A stretch of DNA of 21,675 nucleotides from Candidatus Poribacteria bacterium (GTDB lineage: Bacteria; Poribacteria; WGA-4E; UBA9662), in NCBI GenBank assembly GCA_046582655.1, contig JAYGDX010000245.1, positions 1-21,675 on the forward strand, in the 5' to 3' direction. Below, in pieces: positions 19,181 to 21,675 of this stretch. The position numbers and the translations under genes are program-made. How positions within the stretch are numbered: the stretch's first letter is position 1; the number at the start of each line of letters is the position of its first letter. Below the pieces are notes generated by a model, which saw only the letters and a list, made by a program, of their open reading frames with translations, was not told the DNA's origin and did no database searches.

Positions 19181-19240
19181 AACTAGCGCTCCGGTTCAAC
19201 GACGACGCGAAGCGACGTTCGCTGCAATCGCTTGTCCACA
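19181..19240 (-). other. Degenerate integron attC site (attC-2, 60 bp)
   Basis: Minus strand: TGTGGAC aagcg ATTGCAGC gaacgtcgcttcgcgtcgtc GTTGAAC cggagc GCTAGTT. Classical 59-be length and spacing with a CGC-TTC-GCG hairpin tip. Core triplets are mutated (AAC to GAC, GTT to GCT). Confidence 0.8.
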
Positions 19241-19278
19241 CTGTCTAGAGTGCCTTTTCCGCCATTTCCAATATGAAC

Positions 19279-19757
19279 TCAATGAAAGCGCCATAAGTCT
19301 CTCCTCGCTCTTTTATTTTTGCGTAGATCCTTCGGTCTCCGTTCGATTTTGATTCGTGCGTCTTCATGCCGATTCAAGTAATCCCTGAAAGCAACGTGCC
19401 CGCGAGTTCCAAGCTCCCTCTCGAACACAAATAAAGGTAATGATTCATCCATTGTTCGCTTCCTTTGATCGGGGGGAGTGTTTTCGTCTATCTTCTTGAA
19501 TGACTCCCTCTGAGGAACGCCATGATCTCCGTTGTGGCGATATCCGAGTAATTCTCGCTTCTTGGTTACTTCTGGAAACACCGTGTAATCTTCAATCACC
19601 AGATCAAACCCAATATGGGCTTTTTTGATATAATCTCTTCAATCGCTGCGCTTCCCACATGCTATCAAGACCACCGAGCGTCTCCTTGTAAACACATTCA
19701 AGGCTCTGAGGTTGGCTTCCACTTTGGATCGTGTTTTTCTAGGATCATCTTTTTCAT
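19279..19757 (-). pseudogene. GrpB/UPF0157 family protein, frameshifted cassette gene
   Basis: ATG at 19757 gives MKKMILEKHDPKW; other frames give HVGS, DLVIED, LGYRHNGDHGVPQRESFK and HVAFRDYL..H.DAR. Bracketed by attC-3 and attC-2. Confidence 0.82.
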
Positions 19758-19811
19758 AGAACGCTAAAATGAGCGACGCGTTTAAGCATCCACTCCATTG
19801 ATTTGTTCGGC
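19756..19811 (-). other. Integron attC site (attC-3, 56 bp), the best preserved of the three
   Basis: Minus strand: GCCGAAC aaatc AATGGAGT ggatgcttaaacgcgtc GCTCATT ttagc GTTCTAT. The GAAC/GTTC core is intact and complementary, and L'' pairs with L' with one extra G. Confidence 0.82.
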
Positions 19812-19824
19812 ACTACCTCGCCGC

Positions 19825-21315
19825 CTATTCAGTCAGAAAACTATCGTGCAGCTGTGAAGCTCCAGTGGAATGGCTGGTGCCCTTGACCTGCGACAGAATT
19901 GCCGCAAGTTCCTCGACAATTTCAGGTTGTGCTCCATAACAGTTTTTCCGCTCGCTTATGTCCATATTCAGATTAAATAATTCAGAGGGGAAACCGTGGG
20001 GCTTGTATTCCCTTTTCTCCCGAAACCAGTCAGGTTCGTCATTATCACCTCCGCTAGGACTGTCGATAAGTACCCAGTCTCCTTTACGGATAGCAAACTT
20101 TCCGTTGCAACTATGATGAACTGCAAAATCACGCACTGGAGAACCGGTTTTACCTTGTAGCAAAGGCAATATGCTGACGCTGTCTTCAGCTTCGTTTGCG
20201 TTCAATTCGGCCCCCATTATCTGTGCACAAGTGGCCATGAAATCTCCGAGTGTGATGAGCTGGTCGCAAACGATGTTAGCGGGGGTGACCTTTGGCCACC
20301 TGACAATAAAAGGCACTCGATGCCCGCCTTCCCAAACATCGCGTTTCATGCCACGCAAACTCCACATACTGTAATGTTCATGTTGACACACTCTTGAATA
20401 AGCACCGATATCATCTTGTGTGCGACCTTCCGGCCCATTGTCACTGGTGAAAATCAGTAGTGTGTTATCAGCCGTTCCCGTTCGTTCCAGCGCATCACAT
20501 ATTTTTCCGACTACCCCATCCACCTCGCAGACAAAATCACCATAGTTGCTAGCCCCACTCATACCTTTGAATTCCTCATTTGGCACGATTGGTGAATGCG
20601 GCGAAGTGAGTGGAAAATAAAGGAAAAATGGATTCTCATTGGCAGCTTGCGACTCAATAAGTTCAACGGCCCGACGTGTAAATTCGGGAATCATATCCTC
20701 TAGTATCCAATCCGGTACTGCTAATCCTCGATTACCATAGATATCGTTAGGCTTCTCCACAGTAGGCACTTCAGTCAATTGGTCATTCTCGAACCAAGTG
20801 TAGGGTGGAAAATTTGGCACATCAACACCAAAATAGGTATTGAAACCACGATCTATTGGCCCCCCTTCAATTCGGCTATCATAATCGATCTGTTTTCCTA
20901 ACTCATAACGTTTCTCCCTTTCCGAAACACCAAAGTCGACATAGTCGTTGGGATGCCTACCGTTCTTCATTGGCCAGTTCCACCCCAAGTGCCATTTACC
21001 CAGACATGCGGTGTGATAACCTTGCTCAAGCAGTAAGTGAGCGACTGTTTTCTGATCCGAGTCAATCAGGGGAGCATCCCACGTCCAGACAATGCCCTGC
21101 TTCAAATGTGAACGCCAGCAATAGCGGCCAGTAAGAATATTATAACGACTTGGAGTACAGACGCTGGAACCCGCATGAGCATCAGTGAACCTCATTCCCT
21201 GTTTCGCCAATCGATCCAGATTAGAGGTCGGTATTTTTGAATCAGGATTATTACATCCTAAATCACCATATCCCATATCATCTGCTAAAATGTAAATTAT
21301 ATTAGGTTTCATCAT
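19825..21315 (-). CDS. Arylsulfatase (family S1 sulfatase)
   Basis: MMKPNIIYILADDMGYGD, CTPSR (CxPxR), GKWHLG, PFFLYFPLTSPHSP, IFTSDNG and WEGGHRVPFIVRWP; uninterrupted. Confidence 0.95.
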   Translation of the reverse strand: MMKPNIIYILADDMGYGDLGCNNPDSKIPTSNLDRLAKQGMRFTDAHAGSSVCTPSRYNILTGRYCWRSHLKQGIVWTWDAPLIDSDQKTVAHLLLEQGYHTACLGKWHLGWNWPMKNGRHPNDYVDFGVSEREKRYELGKQIDYDSRIEGGPIDRGFNTYFGVDVPNFPPYTWFENDQLTEVPTVEKPNDIYGNRGLAVPDWILEDMIPEFTRRAVELIESQAANENPFFLYFPLTSPHSPIVPNEEFKGMSGASNYGDFVCEVDGVVGKICDALERTGTADNTLLIFTSDNGPEGRTQDDIGAYSRVCQHEHYSMWSLRGMKRDVWEGGHRVPFIVRWPKVTPANIVCDQLITLGDFMATCAQIMGAELNANEAEDSVSILPLLQGKTGSPVRDFAVHHSCNGKFAIRKGDWVLIDSPSGGDNDEPDWFREKREYKPHGFPSELFNLNMDISERKNCYGAQPEIVEELAAILSQVKGTSHSTGASQLHDSFLTE

Positions 21316-21351
21316 TGAATGCTTTTCCCCTTGATATTCGCCAAACACAGC

Positions 21352-21399
21352 ATTAACCAACAGCTTCTTGGACTAGGATATGCTATCATCAAGCAAAAA
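21352..21399 (-). repeat. Motif P, copy 2, upstream of the arylsulfatase
   Basis: Minus strand TTTTTGCTTGATGATAGCATATCCTAGTCCAAGAAGCTGTTGGTTAAT, 37/48 identical to 7272-7318. Confidence 0.75.
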
Positions 21400-21675
21400 T
21401 CAACCAGACGGGTGACATTATTCACTAGATATCCAACAGGGGAATATACAGATAATGTACCCCATATCACTAGTATTCAAAAAAGGTCCTTTCTCAATCC
21501 AAGCTGCAGGTAAAGTCTTGGCTGTCAATCACAAATACTGTCAGATAGTCCACCGATCTGATGGCTATGACTACACGCTGGTACCGCGAAATGGCGATCC
21601 GCACGCTTGCCATAGCCAACTATCGGTCTTTGCGAGAAGTCGTATTGCCACTTGACCAGCTGACGATCATTACGG

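Noticed and set aside
1105..21134. Numerous short antisense or overlapping ORFs in the track (e.g. 1644-2054, 9594-9905, 12319-12678, 16458-16895, 17479-17880)
   Set aside because: Shadows of well-supported genes or pseudogenes, without motifs or RBS.
21520..21675. Open minus-strand frame at the window end, and CACGCTTGCCATAGCC (21602) resembling repeats A/B
   Set aside because: No recognisable protein motif, and the similarity to A/B is too short.

Overview
Accessory, heavily decayed region of a bacterial genome. The gene mix suggests Candidatus Poribacteria (inference): a secreted LamG protein ending in AVxPxxKLATTWGxIK, a PhyH-family start, an enolase-superfamily enzyme, a Gfo/Idh/MocA oxidoreductase and several sulfatases. 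Apparently intact genes are LamG, mandelate racemase/MLE-like enzyme, Gfo/Idh/MocA, YkvA/DUF1232, EEP-family hydrolase, a 347-aa hypothetical protein, DegT-family aminotransferase, SnoaL/NTF2-like protein, GH8 glycoside hydrolase and an arylsulfatase. About ten pseudogenes or fragments lie between them, including a fossil IS5-family element with TIRs and a TA duplication. The main hidden signal is three degenerate integron attC sites on the minus strand (11688-11758, 19181-19240, 19756-19811), inside a 10.5 kb run of minus-strand genes with no integrase in the window (CALIN-like). Two unexplained families of intergenic repeats also occur: an alternating A/B pair in the first 3 kb, where B reads as an exact 38-bp promoter copy, and a ~48-bp motif upstream of two catabolic genes 14 kb apart. 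All calls come from manual motif recognition; no database searches were run.
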